Assembly (NCBI GenBank): GCA_963722125.1
Contig: CAVRJW010000005.1
Location: 1,075,206 to 1,139,205, forward strand
Reading direction: 5' to 3'
Length of the DNA stretch: 64,000 nucleotides
Source: an uncultured Alphaproteobacteria bacterium
GTDB taxonomy: Bacteria > Pseudomonadota > Alphaproteobacteria > Rhizobiales > Xanthobacteraceae
Each line of letters begins with the position of its first letter. The first letter of the stretch is position 1. The notes beneath the pieces were generated by a model, which saw nothing but the letters and a program-made list of their open reading frames with translations, ran no database searches and was not told the DNA's origin. Both the position numbers and the translations under genes were made by a program. Shown here in pieces: positions 1-10,072 of this stretch.

Positions 1-121
1 GGGTGGCTTAACGCGCCAAAAGGACTTCGCGCGCTTTCAGGCATAGTGAGTCGGCGGTAAGCGGATTCCCGACAATTGAAGCTATTCGCCGCAGGACCCA
101 CCGAAACGATTGGCGCCGAGG

Positions 122-2593
122 CTATTGGCCGCGCGGCTTGGCGCGGCGGGTGGCCGGCGCCGTCAATGGATCGTCCGGCCAGGGATGCCTCGGATAACGG
201 CCGCGCAGGTCGGTCCGCACGTCTTTGTAGCTGCCCCGCCAAAACCCCGGCAGATCGCGCGTCACCTGAACCGGCCGCTGCGCCGGCGACAAAAGCTCGA
301 CCAGAAGCGGCACACGGCCGCCGGCGATCGTTGGGTGAACGGCCAGCCCGAACATTTCCTGCACGCGGATCGAAAGTTTCGGGCCTTCTTCGGCTTCATA
401 GTCGATGGGGACTTGCGAGCCGGACGGCGCCGTAAAATGTGTCGGCGCCTCGGCGTCGAGACGTTTACGCAGGTTCCACGGCAGCAAGGCGTCGAGCGCC
501 GCCGCGAGATCGTCCGCGCCGATCTGCGAGAGCGCGGTCTTACCGGCAAGATAAGGTGCCAGCCATTCGGTGGAAGCGGACGTCAACGCGTCATCGGACA
601 GGTCAGGCCATGCATCGCCCTCGGCGCGGCGCAGGAATATGACGCGATTGCGAAGCTGAAGCTGGGCTTTGCTCCACGGCAACTTGCCGATGCCGAGCGC
701 AGCGACGCCCTCCGCCAATAGCCTCGCGCTGTCGGCATCCGGCGCGACCTGTTTCGTCTGCTCGGCCAGCACCACGGCGCCGAGACGCCGGCTCCGCCGC
801 GCACGCAATGCGGCGGAAGCGCCGTCGAAGGTCACTGCTTCGCGATCCTCGATCTGGCTTGAGAAACGCGCCTCGATTTCGGCGAGCGTTATCGGCGCGG
901 CCAGCACGATGCGGCTCGCGCGCCGCAGCGCCGGTCAGTTCGGCTATCACCAGAAACGGCTCACGCGCGAGCACCGACGCGGGATCGACCACGCCGCCAC
1001 GGCCATTTGCCAAGAGAAACGTCCCGCCACCACCGCCGCGATTGCGAGCGATGCGGTCCGGGTAGGCGAGCGCGAGAAGCGAGCCGGCAGAATCGTCGCC
1101 GACCTCTTTTTTGGCACCGGCCGTTTCAGCCCACCGCTTCACCATTGCACGCGCATCTTCTGCACGGCGCGAGCGATCGCGCCGAAATTGATCGAGGCGA
1201 TGCCGCAGATCGACGTCATCGCCGCCCAAGCCGCGTTCGGTGAGAATGGCGGCGATATTTGCAGCGAGCCCGCCGGCACCTTCGACGGCGGCGTCGACCA
1301 CCATGCGCGCAAGCCGCGGCGGCAGCGGGAGCGCGCGCAGTTTACGGCCCTCCTCGGTAATGCGGCCGTCGGCGTCGGTCGCACCAAGCTCAACAAGGAG
1401 GGCCCGCGCTTCGCTGAGCGCCGCCTGCGGTGGCGGATCGAGAAACGCCAGTTTTGACGGGTCGACTCGCGCCCCACTGCGCCAGATCGAGCAGAAAAGA
1501 CGACAGGTCGGCAGACAAGATTTCCGGGCGCGTATAGGGCTCTAGCGAGCTTGTCTGCGGTTCGTCCCACAAACGATAACAAACGCCCGGTTCAGTGCGT
1601 CCGGCGCGGCCGCGGCGTTGGTCGGCGGCGGCGCGCGAAACGCGCACCGTTTCGAGGCGGGTTACGCCAACATCCGGTTCATAGCGCGGCACGCGCGACA
1701 GGCCACTGTCGATCACAACGCGCACGCCCTCGATGGTGAGAGAAGTTTCGGCGATCGAGGTCGCCAGCACCACCTTGCGCCGGCCTGCCGGTGACGGCGA
1801 AATAGCACGGTCCTGCTCGCGAGCATCAAGCGCGCCAAAAAGCGCGACGATGTCGGTATTCGCAGTCGGTCACGCGTTCCTTCAGCAGTGCTTCGGTGCG
1901 GCGGATTTCGCCCGCACCCGGCAGAAACACGAGGAGCGAGCCGCTCTCGGCGCGCAGCGCGCGCACGGCTGCCTCCGCCACCTGCCGCTCGATTGGCGCA
2001 CGGGCGTCACGGCCGAGATAGCGCGTGTCCACCGGATACGCCCGGCCTTCGCTTTCGACCACCGGAGCATTGCCGAGCAACGTCGCGACACGGGCGCCAT
2101 CGAGCGTTGCCGACATCACCACCAGCTTGAGATCGTGGCGCAGGCCCTGCTGCACATCGTACGCAAGAGCCAGCCCGAGATCGGCATCCAGCGACCGCTC
2201 GTGGAATTCGTCGAACAGCACCGCAGCAATTCCCTCGAGGGATGGATCGTCAAGTACGAGCCGCGTGAAGACGCCTTCGGTCACAACCTCAATACGCGTG
2301 CGCTTGGTCACCTTCGACCCGAAGCGCACGCGCAAGCCGACGGTATCGCCAACTTGCTCGCCCAGCGTCGAGGCCATGCGTGCCGCGGCGGCGCGGGCCG
2401 CGAGCCGGCGCGGCTCCAGCACGAGAATTTTCTTGTCTTTCGCCCATGCTTCTTCGAGCAGCACCAGCGGCACGCGCGTGGTTTTGCCCGCACCGGGCGG
2501 AGCGACCAGCACGGCGGCATGATTGCCGGCAAGCGCGGCCGTCAAATCCGGCAGCGCCGCGTCGATTGGCAGAGATGTGTCGAAGGTTCGCAT
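122..2593 (-). pseudogene. hrpB: ATP-dependent RNA helicase HrpB, full length (2472 nt) but split over four frame segments by three frameshifts
   Basis: Four minus-strand ORFs tile one HrpB-like protein. 1826-2593 holds the N-terminus with the GAGKTT P-loop and DEFHERS. 1390-1773 holds VLATSIAETSLTIEGV and QRRGRAGR. 603-1304 continues with MVVDAAVEG...LLALAYPDRIARNRG. 122-907 is the C-terminus. Frame (end coordinate mod 3) goes 1,0,2,1, with junctions near 1855-1866, 1464-1472 and 908-920. Confidence 0.85.
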
Positions 2594-2676
2594 TGACTTT
2601 CAGAGCTATCATCCGCGCCAACGGATGATCCAGTAACCGCGGGATATCAGAGTGACGCGAAGTCGGTGATTACCGG

Positions 2677-2709
2677 GTCCCCCGCGCGAGCGGGGGACGA
2701 CAACTTTTT
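2677..2709. terminator. GC-rich stem-loop (gtcccccgc / gcgggggac, GCGA loop) between ugd and hrpB
   Basis: Perfect 9-bp inverted repeat at 2677-2685 / 2690-2698. The T-run (2705-2709) lies on the + strand only, while both flanking genes are on the minus strand, so its role as a terminator for ugd is uncertain. Confidence 0.3.
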
Positions 2710-2732
2710 GGCAATGAGGATTGCGGCTGTCA

Positions 2733-4043
2733 TCAGGTGCGCGCCCGGCCAATGCTCTCGTAAATGAAGCCGTGTCGGGCGATTTCATCCGGTCGATAAA
2801 CATTGCGCAAATCAACCAGCACCGGCTGCGCCATGATCATCTTCAGGCGTTTGAAATCCAGCGCCCGGAATTGCTCCCACTCGGTGACAATCACCAGCGC
2901 CGAGGCGCCTTCGGCACAGGAATAGGCGTCGTTACAAAATGTAACGTTGGTGAGGCTGCTCTTGGCCTGCTCCATACCGATCGGATCATAGGCGCGCACC
3001 TTCGCACCCATATCCTGCAACGCAGTGATGAGCGGGATCGACGGCGCTTCGCGCATATCGTCGGTGTTCGGCTTGAAGGTGAGCCCCAGCACTGCGACCG
3101 TTTTCCCGCGCAGTTCGCCGCCAAGCGCCGAAGACACCTTGCGCGCCATCGCGCGTTTGCGGGCGTCGTTGACCGCCGCCACCGCCTCGACGATGCGCAG
3201 CGGCGCGGCATGGTCCTGCGCCGTCTTGATCAGCGCCACGGTATCCTTGGGAAAGCACGAACCGCCGTAACCGGGGCCGGCGTGCAAAAATTTTGAGCCA
3301 ATGCGATTGTCGAGGCCGATGCCGCGCGCGATTTCCTGCACGTCCGCGCCGACTTTTTCGGCGAGATCGGCAATCTCATTGATGAATGTGATCTTGGTGG
3401 CGAGGAACGCGTTGGCGGCGTACTTGATCAGCTCGGCCGTGCGCCGGTCGGTGAACAAAATCGGCGAGCGATTGAGATAGAGCGGCCGGTACAATTCACT
3501 CATGACCTCGCGCGCGCGCGTATCCGCGCTTCCGATCACGATTCGGTCGGGATGTTTGAAATCCTGGATCGCGGCGCCTTCACGCAGGAATTCAGGATTG
3601 GAAACCACCGCACATTCGGCGTCGGGCCGCGTCTCGCGAATGATGCGCTCGACCTCGTCGCCGGTGCCGACCGGTACGGTCGACTTGGTGATCACCACTG
3701 TAAAGCCGTTCAGCGCGCGCGCAATCTCGCGTGCCGCTTCATGGACGAAGCTGAGGTCGGCGAAGCCATCGCCGCGGCGCGAGGGCGTGCCCACCGCGAT
3801 GAAAACCGCATCGGCAGCGGCAACCGCGCCCTGAAGTTCTGTCGCGAATTTGAGGCGGCCGGCGCGCGTATTGGCCGCGACCATGTCGTTAAGCCCGGGC
3901 TCGTAAATCGGCATTTCGCCACGAACCAGGGCCGCAATCTTCGACTTGTCCTTGTCGACGCAGGTCACCTCATGGCCGAAGTCGGCGAAGCAGGCGCCGG
4001 AAACAAGTCCGACATAGCCGGTGCCGATCATGGCAACGCGCAT
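2733..4043 (-). CDS. ugd: UDP-glucose 6-dehydrogenase
   Basis: 436-aa ORF. N-terminal Rossmann motif MRVAMIGTGYVGLVSGACFA, and GGSCFPKD around the catalytic Cys. Length is typical for the family. Confidence 0.93.
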   Translation of the reverse strand: MRVAMIGTGYVGLVSGACFADFGHEVTCVDKDKSKIAALVRGEMPIYEPGLNDMVAANTRAGRLKFATELQGAVAAADAVFIAVGTPSRRGDGFADLSFVHEAAREIARALNGFTVVITKSTVPVGTGDEVERIIRETRPDAECAVVSNPEFLREGAAIQDFKHPDRIVIGSADTRAREVMSELYRPLYLNRSPILFTDRRTAELIKYAANAFLATKITFINEIADLAEKVGADVQEIARGIGLDNRIGSKFLHAGPGYGGSCFPKDTVALIKTAQDHAAPLRIVEAVAAVNDARKRAMARKVSSALGGELRGKTVAVLGLTFKPNTDDMREAPSIPLITALQDMGAKVRAYDPIGMEQAKSSLTNVTFCNDAYSCAEGASALVIVTEWEQFRALDFKRLKMIMAQPVLVDLRNVYRPDEIARHGFIYESIGRART

Positions 4044-4151
4044 GGAATATCCATCATGAAGGTGACAAACCGTTTCCGGTCAAAGCCGAATGCGACTGCA
4101 TAGCAGACGTAATCCACAGTGGCGAGAGGTGCAGGACAATAAGCATTTTCT

Positions 4152-7100
4152 GTGGCCACAAATTCTGGCGGATTGATTAACGCAGCGTCCGGGGCCACAT
4201 TCGAAGCCATGCCAGCCCCCGCCAAATCCAATACCGCCAAATCAAAGACGAAAACCGTCGCGCCAACGTCCGTTCCAGCGAACCCTCGCCCGCTCAAGAA
4301 GGGCGATCACGTGTTCCTGGTGGACGGTTCCGGTTACATCTTCCGCGCTTACCACGCGATCCGGTTCGAGCCGCGCGCGCCGGACGGGACGCATGTGAAT
4401 GCCGTCTACGGCTTCTGCAGCATGCTTTGGAAGCTCCTCAAGGAAATGAAGCCGGATGAGCGGCCGACCCATCTCGCCGTGATTTTCGACAAGTCGGAAA
4501 AGACCTTCCGCACCGAGATGTACAAGGAATACAAGGCGCATCGGCCGCCTCCGCCCGACGACCTCATTCCGCAGTTTCCGCTTATCCGAGATGCAGTGCG
4601 CGCCTTCGATATCCCGTGCCTCGAGCAAGCCGGCTATGAAGCCGATGACTTGATCGCGACTTACGCACGCATCGCCTGCGAAGCCGGTGCGACCGCCACC
4701 CTCGTGTCATCCGACAAGGATCTCATGCAGCTCGTGAACAAATGCGTGGTCATGTACGACACCATGAAGGATGTCCGCATCGGCATTCCGGAAGTGGTCG
4801 AGAAATTCGGCGTGCCGCCGGAGAAGGTCATCGAGGTGCAAGCGCTGATCGGCGATACGTCCGACAATGTGCCGGGCGTGCCGGGCATCGGCGTGAAGAC
4901 CGCGGCGCAGCTCATCGGCGAGTATGGCGATCTCGAAACGCTGCTCAAGCGTAGCGGTGAGATCAAGCAGGACAAGCGCCGCCAGGCGCTCATCGACAAT
5001 GCTGAATCGGCCCGGATCTCGAAAAAACTTGTCACGCTTGACGATAAGGTGCCGCTCGAGGTGCCGGTTGAACAGCTCGGCGTGCGCGAACCGGACTACA
5101 AGAACCTCATCGCCTTTCTTAAATCCATGGGATTCAAGACCCTGACGCAACGCGTCGCCGACAAAAGCGGCATCGACGCGAGCCAGGTAAGCGCAGATGC
5201 AAAATCGTCGGCAGGTTCGCCGCCGTCCGCCGATACGACGGCATTACCGGAAACGCCGGATAGATCCGCCGCGAAGACGGCGCCCCCGCTGCCACTTTCA
5301 GGCGGCGGCAACCGAATCCGACGGCGAGCTCACCCCGATCGCGCTGGTAACCGCGCGCAGCGAAGTTGCACGTTCAGCCAAGATCGATCGCAGAAAATAT
5401 GAGACGGTCCGCACGCTTGCGCGCCTCAAAGAATGGGTCGCACGTGCACACCAAATGGGTGTAGTCGCGGTCGACACCGAAACGACAAGCCTCGACGCCA
5501 TGCGCGCGCATCTCTGCGGCTTCTCCCTCGCGCTGGCCCCCAATGAAGCCTGCTATGTGCCCCTCGGGCATCGCGAGGGCGGTGGCGAAGGCAAAGGCGA
5601 TTTGTTCTCGCCGGAAGCCAAATTGTGCGAAGGGCAAATCCCGGAGCGCGACGCGCTGGCCGTGCTCAAGCCGCTGCTCGAAGATAAAGCAGTCCTCAAA
5701 GTCGCTCAGAACATGAAATATGACTGGCTGGTGTTTGCGCAGCGCGGTATCCAGATCGCCGGCTACGACGACACCATGCTGATCTCTTACGTGCTGGACG
5801 CCGGCAAAGGCGGCCACGGCATGGACGATCTCGCCAAGCGCTGGCTCAACCACGACACGATCCATTTCCACCACGTTGCCGGCTCCGGAAAGACGCAGGT
5901 GACCTTCGATTGCGTCTCGATCGAGAAGGCATCCGAATACGCCGCCGAAGACGCCGATGTGACGCTGCGGCTCTGGTACGCGCTGAAGCCGCGCCTTGCC
6001 GCCGATCGCGTCACGTCCGTGTATGAAACGCTGGAGCGCGCAATGCCGTCGGTCCTGGCGCGCATGGAGCGGCGCGGCATCTCCATCGACCGTCAGGTCC
6101 TTTCGCGCCTTTCGGGTGAATTCGCGCAGGAACAGGCGCGGCTCGAAGATGAGATCAAGACGCTTGCCGGCGAGCCGCTCAATCCGGGTTCACCCAAACA
6201 GCTTGGCGATATTCTGTTCGGCAAAATGAGGTTGCCGGGGGGGACAAAGACCAAGACCGGACAATGGTCGACTGGCGCGCGCGAACTGGAAGATCTCGCC
6301 GAACTAGGCCACGCACTGCCGCGGAAAATTCTTGATTGGCGGCAAGTATCAAAACTCCGGTCCACATATACCGAGGCGCTGCCCAATTACGTCAATCCGG
6401 ACACTAAACGAGTGCACACCAGCTACGCGCTGGCATCGACCAGCACCGGTCGGTTGTCGTCGTCCGATCCGAATTTGCAGAACATCCCGATCCGTACGGA
6501 AGACGGACGCAAGATTCGCCGCGCCTTCGTTGCCTCACCCGGCATGAAGCTCGTCTCTGCCGACTATTCGCAAATTGAGTTGCGGCTGTTGTCGGAAGTC
6601 GCCGAGGTGCCTGCGCTGCGCAAGGCTTTTCAGGATGGCGTCGACATTCACGCGATGACTGCTTCAGAAATGTTCGGCGTGCCGGTGAAAGATATGCCGC
6701 CCGACGTGCGCCGTCGTGCCAAAGCCATCAATTTCGGCATCATTTACGGTATTTCGGCCTACGGCCTCGCCGCCCAGCTCAGCATCGACAAGAACGAGGC
6801 CGCCACCTACATCAAAAAATATTTCGAGCGTTTCCCCGGCATCCGCGACTACATGGACGAGACGCGCGAGTTCTGCCGCGACCACGGCTACGTCCTGACG
6901 TTGTTCGGCCGCAAGTGCCACTACCCGGACATCAAAAACAGTAACCCGTCGATCCGCTCATTCAACGAACGCGCGGCGATCAACGCGCGGCTGCAAGGCA
7001 CCGCCGCCGATATCATCCGGCGCGCCATGATCCGCATCGAACCCGAACTCGAACAGGCCAAGCTCAAGGCCCAGATGCTGCTTCAGGTGCATGACGAGCT

Positions 7101-7248
7101 GATCTTCGAGGTGCCCGAAGCAGAAGTGAAAGACACGATCACTATCGTCAAAAGCGTAATGCAGGACGCGCCCCACCCGGCTGTCGCGCTCCATGTGCCG
7201 CTCCAGGTCGATGCGCGTGCAGCCGCCAACTGGGACGAGGCTCATTGA
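4152..7248 (+). pseudogene. polA: DNA polymerase I, interrupted by one frameshift in the linker between the 5'-3' exonuclease and 3'-5' exonuclease domains
   Basis: ORF 4152-5402 (frame 0) encodes the 5' nuclease domain (HVFLVDGSGYIFRAYHA, GDTSDNVPGVPGIGVKTA). ORF 5197-7248 (frame 1) encodes the 3'-5' exonuclease and polymerase domains (VAVDTETTSLD, RRAKAINFGIIYG, QVHDELIFE). The two overlap at 5197-5402; the sense switch is most plausibly near 5280-5315. The true start may be the ATG at about 4209. Confidence 0.85.
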
Positions 7249-7298
7249 GCCTCGTCGCCTCACCGGGATAATGTTTTCGCAGTCAGCGTGCGAATCGT

Positions 7299-7781
7299 CT
7301 ACCGGCGCTTCTTTCTCGACGCCTTGCTTTTTTTCTTCGCACCACGCTTGGCGCTCGCTGCCTTCGCCGGGGCTTTCGCAGGCAATATCGCAATGGCCTC
7401 GATCTCAAATAGCGCGCCGGGACGCGCCAGCTGCGATATCGCTACCGTCGTGCTTGCCGGCGGCGCCGACATATTAAAGTGCGCATCGCGCACCTCGCGG
7501 AAGATCGAGATGTGCGTCATGTCGACGAGATAATTGTTGATCTTCACCACGTCCTTGATGGTGGCGCCGGCGTCGGCGAGGGCCAGCTTCAGATTCTCGA
7601 TTGCCTGGTTCGCTTGCGCGCGAAAATCGCCCGCCATGCCAACCAGTTTGTTGTCCATATCGAGCCCGAGCTGGCCGGCGATATAGATCAACCGGTTCGG
7701 GCCTGTCGCCTCGACCACATAGCTATAGCCCGGTGGCTTCGCGAGCGTATTTGGATTGGAAAAGCGCACATTCGCAGCCAT
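7299..7781 (-). CDS. RidA/YjgF family reactive-intermediate deaminase with a 27-aa lysine/alanine-rich C-terminal tail
   Basis: 160-aa ORF with RidA-like core (IYIAGQLGLD..., ALFEIEAIAI) followed by LPAKAPAKAASAKRGAKKKSKASRKKRR. Confidence 0.85.
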   Translation of the reverse strand: MAANVRFSNPNTLAKPPGYSYVVEATGPNRLIYIAGQLGLDMDNKLVGMAGDFRAQANQAIENLKLALADAGATIKDVVKINNYLVDMTHISIFREVRDAHFNMSAPPASTTVAISQLARPGALFEIEAIAILPAKAPAKAASAKRGAKKKSKASRKKRR

Positions 7782-7809
7782 GGAACACCTCCCTGCAATT
7801 GTCGTGAAC

Positions 7810-9186
7810 TCAGCTTTGCTTCCGTTTTGTTTGTGGCCGCCTGGTTTCTTCCAGGAGGCCTAAGGCTCCTCCGAGCCATTTTGTCGTGGGCGCCTGTATC
7901 AAGATCGTCAGCAAAATGGCGATGAATGTGACCGATGCGATGATCTGGGCACCGGGCGCTTTCATGCCAAGCAGCAGACCGGCGAGCGCCGCCGGAATGA
8001 CCCCCGTCTCGCGCGTCCAGCACATGAACAGCATCTCGTTGAAGCTCCATTTCGCACGCCGATCAGGCAGCGCGCAAAGAAAAACCGTCAGCGGCCGAGC
8101 GATCAACATAAGGACGATGACGACTATTACGCCTCCCCACCAGTATTGCGCCATGAGATGGAAATCGACCTGGGCGCCGAGGAGAATGAAAATGAACAGC
8201 CGCATGATGAATGCCGTCGTCAAGACGTATTCGTCGAGCCTCTGCTGCTCACCTGGCCGCATTTTGAAACCAAACGAATCCTTGTTCCCGATCATGATGC
8301 CGAACACGAACACCGCCATGAAACCGCTGGCTTGGAGTCCGTCGGCAGCAAAATAGGCGCCGATCACAGCTACCAGAGTAACAACGGGCGCATATTCGGC
8401 GAGAAAGGCCCAGCGTTCATGCGCGATCAACAACGCCGCAAGATATCCGAGTAGCGCGCCAGCGATGATGCCGACCGTCGATTGCTTCAGAAGATCGAAC
8501 AGAGATGACATTATTGACACGTCAGCAGAGCCCAGGGCGACGGCCAGGACTCCGAACGTCACAATTGCGCCCATGGCATCGTTAAAAGCCAACTCGCTCA
8601 TGACCGTTTGGGCCACGCGGTCCCGGATTTTGATTTGCCGGAAAATTGGCACCAGCGTTGCCGGATCGGTAGAGGCAAGCGCCGCGCCTAGTAAAAGTGC
8701 GACAATCCAGGGCACTCCCAAAACAGCATACGCCGCAATTCCGGTCACGATCCCGGTAATGAGAACGCCGATAGTCGATATGACAACGATCGTGATCCAC
8801 ACCCGTTTCAAAACTTCGAAGCGGAGCGATGCCCCACCATCGAAGAGGATGTAACTCGCGCCGAAAAGAAGAATGATCTGATAGAGCGCCGAGTCCGCCT
8901 TGATATTAATGAGTCCCAAAGCGGCTGGACCGATCGCGATCCCGACAACCAAAAATAGGGCCACATCGGGTATCTTGCATTTTTGAGCGATAAATCCGGT
9001 GACGGTACCGATGGCGAGGACAAGCGCACCAGAAAGCAATGTTTGTTTTGCGATCTCGATCGCGGGTGTCGCGTCCACGTCAGTTCCCCAAGACGATGCC
9101 AGCCGAAACCGTTGCGCAGAATGCTGCACGAGGCCCTGTGAAATAACAAGGCGCCGCACTAACCGCAGGCCGCGCCCGCGGCGCAA
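7810..9186 (-). CDS. Cation:proton antiporter (CPA1, NhaP-like)
   Basis: Polytopic membrane ORF with a Na+/H+ exchanger-like sequence (LFDGGASL, ASTDPATL). The first ~36 codons are Arg-rich and not membrane-like. A GTG at 9078 preceded by GGGGA is a plausible real start. Confidence 0.8.
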   Translation of the reverse strand: MRRGRGLRLVRRLVISQGLVQHSAQRFRLASSWGTDVDATPAIEIAKQTLLSGALVLAIGTVTGFIAQKCKIPDVALFLVVGIAIGPAALGLINIKADSALYQIILLFGASYILFDGGASLRFEVLKRVWITIVVISTIGVLITGIVTGIAAYAVLGVPWIVALLLGAALASTDPATLVPIFRQIKIRDRVAQTVMSELAFNDAMGAIVTFGVLAVALGSADVSIMSSLFDLLKQSTVGIIAGALLGYLAALLIAHERWAFLAEYAPVVTLVAVIGAYFAADGLQASGFMAVFVFGIMIGNKDSFGFKMRPGEQQRLDEYVLTTAFIMRLFIFILLGAQVDFHLMAQYWWGGVIVVIVLMLIARPLTVFLCALPDRRAKWSFNEMLFMCWTRETGVIPAALAGLLLGMKAPGAQIIASVTFIAILLTILIQAPTTKWLGGALGLLEETRRPQTKRKQS

Positions 9187-9242
9187 CCTTCCATGCCGCC
9201 AGACGTTACATTACCGCACATGCAGGGACACAGAAGCAGGCC

Positions 9243-9983
9243 ATGTCGGTTCGTGGAAACCAGTTTATTTTGCGGGCCGGTCTCGCTCTTGTCGGCGGGG
9301 CTCTCGTTGCGACATTGACATGGTCTACGCCGGCCTCGGCAGGATTCTTCGATCGCCTTTTTGGCGGCTTGCGCCACACATTTGAAGCGCCACATCCGCC
9401 CAGTGTGCAATCCTATGCGGATCCAGCAACCGACGGCGGAATGGCAAACGCGCCCTCCGAACGCGGCAGCGGTCCTGCTTCCGCCTATTGCGTGCGAAGT
9501 TGCGACGGGCGCTACTTCCCGGTGAGGGCACAGCCAGGATTGAGCGCAGCTGACGCGTGTCACTCATTCTGCCCGGCAAGCCAGACACGGCTCTATTCCG
9601 GCAGCACCATCGACAGTGCTGTCGCGACCAATGGCAGCCGCTATGCCGACCTTCCGACCGCATATGTCTATCGCAAGGAGGTCGTCAGCGGCTGTACGTG
9701 CAACGGCCATGACGCTTTCGGGCTTGCCCATATCGACCCGAGCAGCGATCCGACGCTGCGCCCGGGTGACGTTGTTGTGACCGGGACCGGGCTCGCCGCT
9801 TACACCGGCGGTAAAGGCAATGCTGCCGCCTTTACGCCGGTCGGAAGCTACGCGGGCCTGCCCAAGGGCGACCGCAACAAGTTGTCTGAGCTGAGAATTT
9901 CGCGGACCGCGCCGATGGCGTGGGCGACGACACCCAGCGGCGGACACGAGCCCGACGACCGCAACGCCCAACTCGAAAAATAG
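9243..9983 (+). CDS. Secreted DUF2865-family protein
   Basis: Signal peptide, GFFDRLFGG, and a Cys pattern (YCVRSCDGRYFPV...CHSFCPAS) that I recall as characteristic of DUF2865. Confidence 0.7.
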   Translation: MSVRGNQFILRAGLALVGGALVATLTWSTPASAGFFDRLFGGLRHTFEAPHPPSVQSYADPATDGGMANAPSERGSGPASAYCVRSCDGRYFPVRAQPGLSAADACHSFCPASQTRLYSGSTIDSAVATNGSRYADLPTAYVYRKEVVSGCTCNGHDAFGLAHIDPSSDPTLRPGDVVVTGTGLAAYTGGKGNAAAFTPVGSYAGLPKGDRNKLSELRISRTAPMAWATTPSGGHEPDDRNAQLEK

Positions 9984-10072
9984 CCGCTTTTCTGCCATAA
10001 CCCTCCCCGGCAATTGCATTACATGCCTTGCCGCGATTGACATATTGAACTTCCCAGCACACGGAATGAACG

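Noticed and set aside
110-2596. Long plus-strand ORFs (110-721, 669-1457, 1733-2596) opposite hrpB. Similar 200-370-aa antisense ORFs occur elsewhere, for example at 19657-20439, 21333-22052, 25832-26584, 26758-27570, 34944-35714, 46057-46911, 47666-48424, 50746-51864, 52535-53290 and 60157-60957.
   Set aside because: Their translations are Arg/Ala/Gly/Pro-rich with no recognisable motifs. They lie exactly opposite genes with strong family signatures. Stop-free antisense frames are expected at about 60% GC.
5270-5320. Programmed ribosomal frameshifting as the explanation for the polA split.
   Set aside because: I saw no slippery heptamer or stimulatory structure at the junction, and programmed frameshifting is not known for polA. 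Ten other shifts of the same sign in unrelated genes argue for a common trivial cause.
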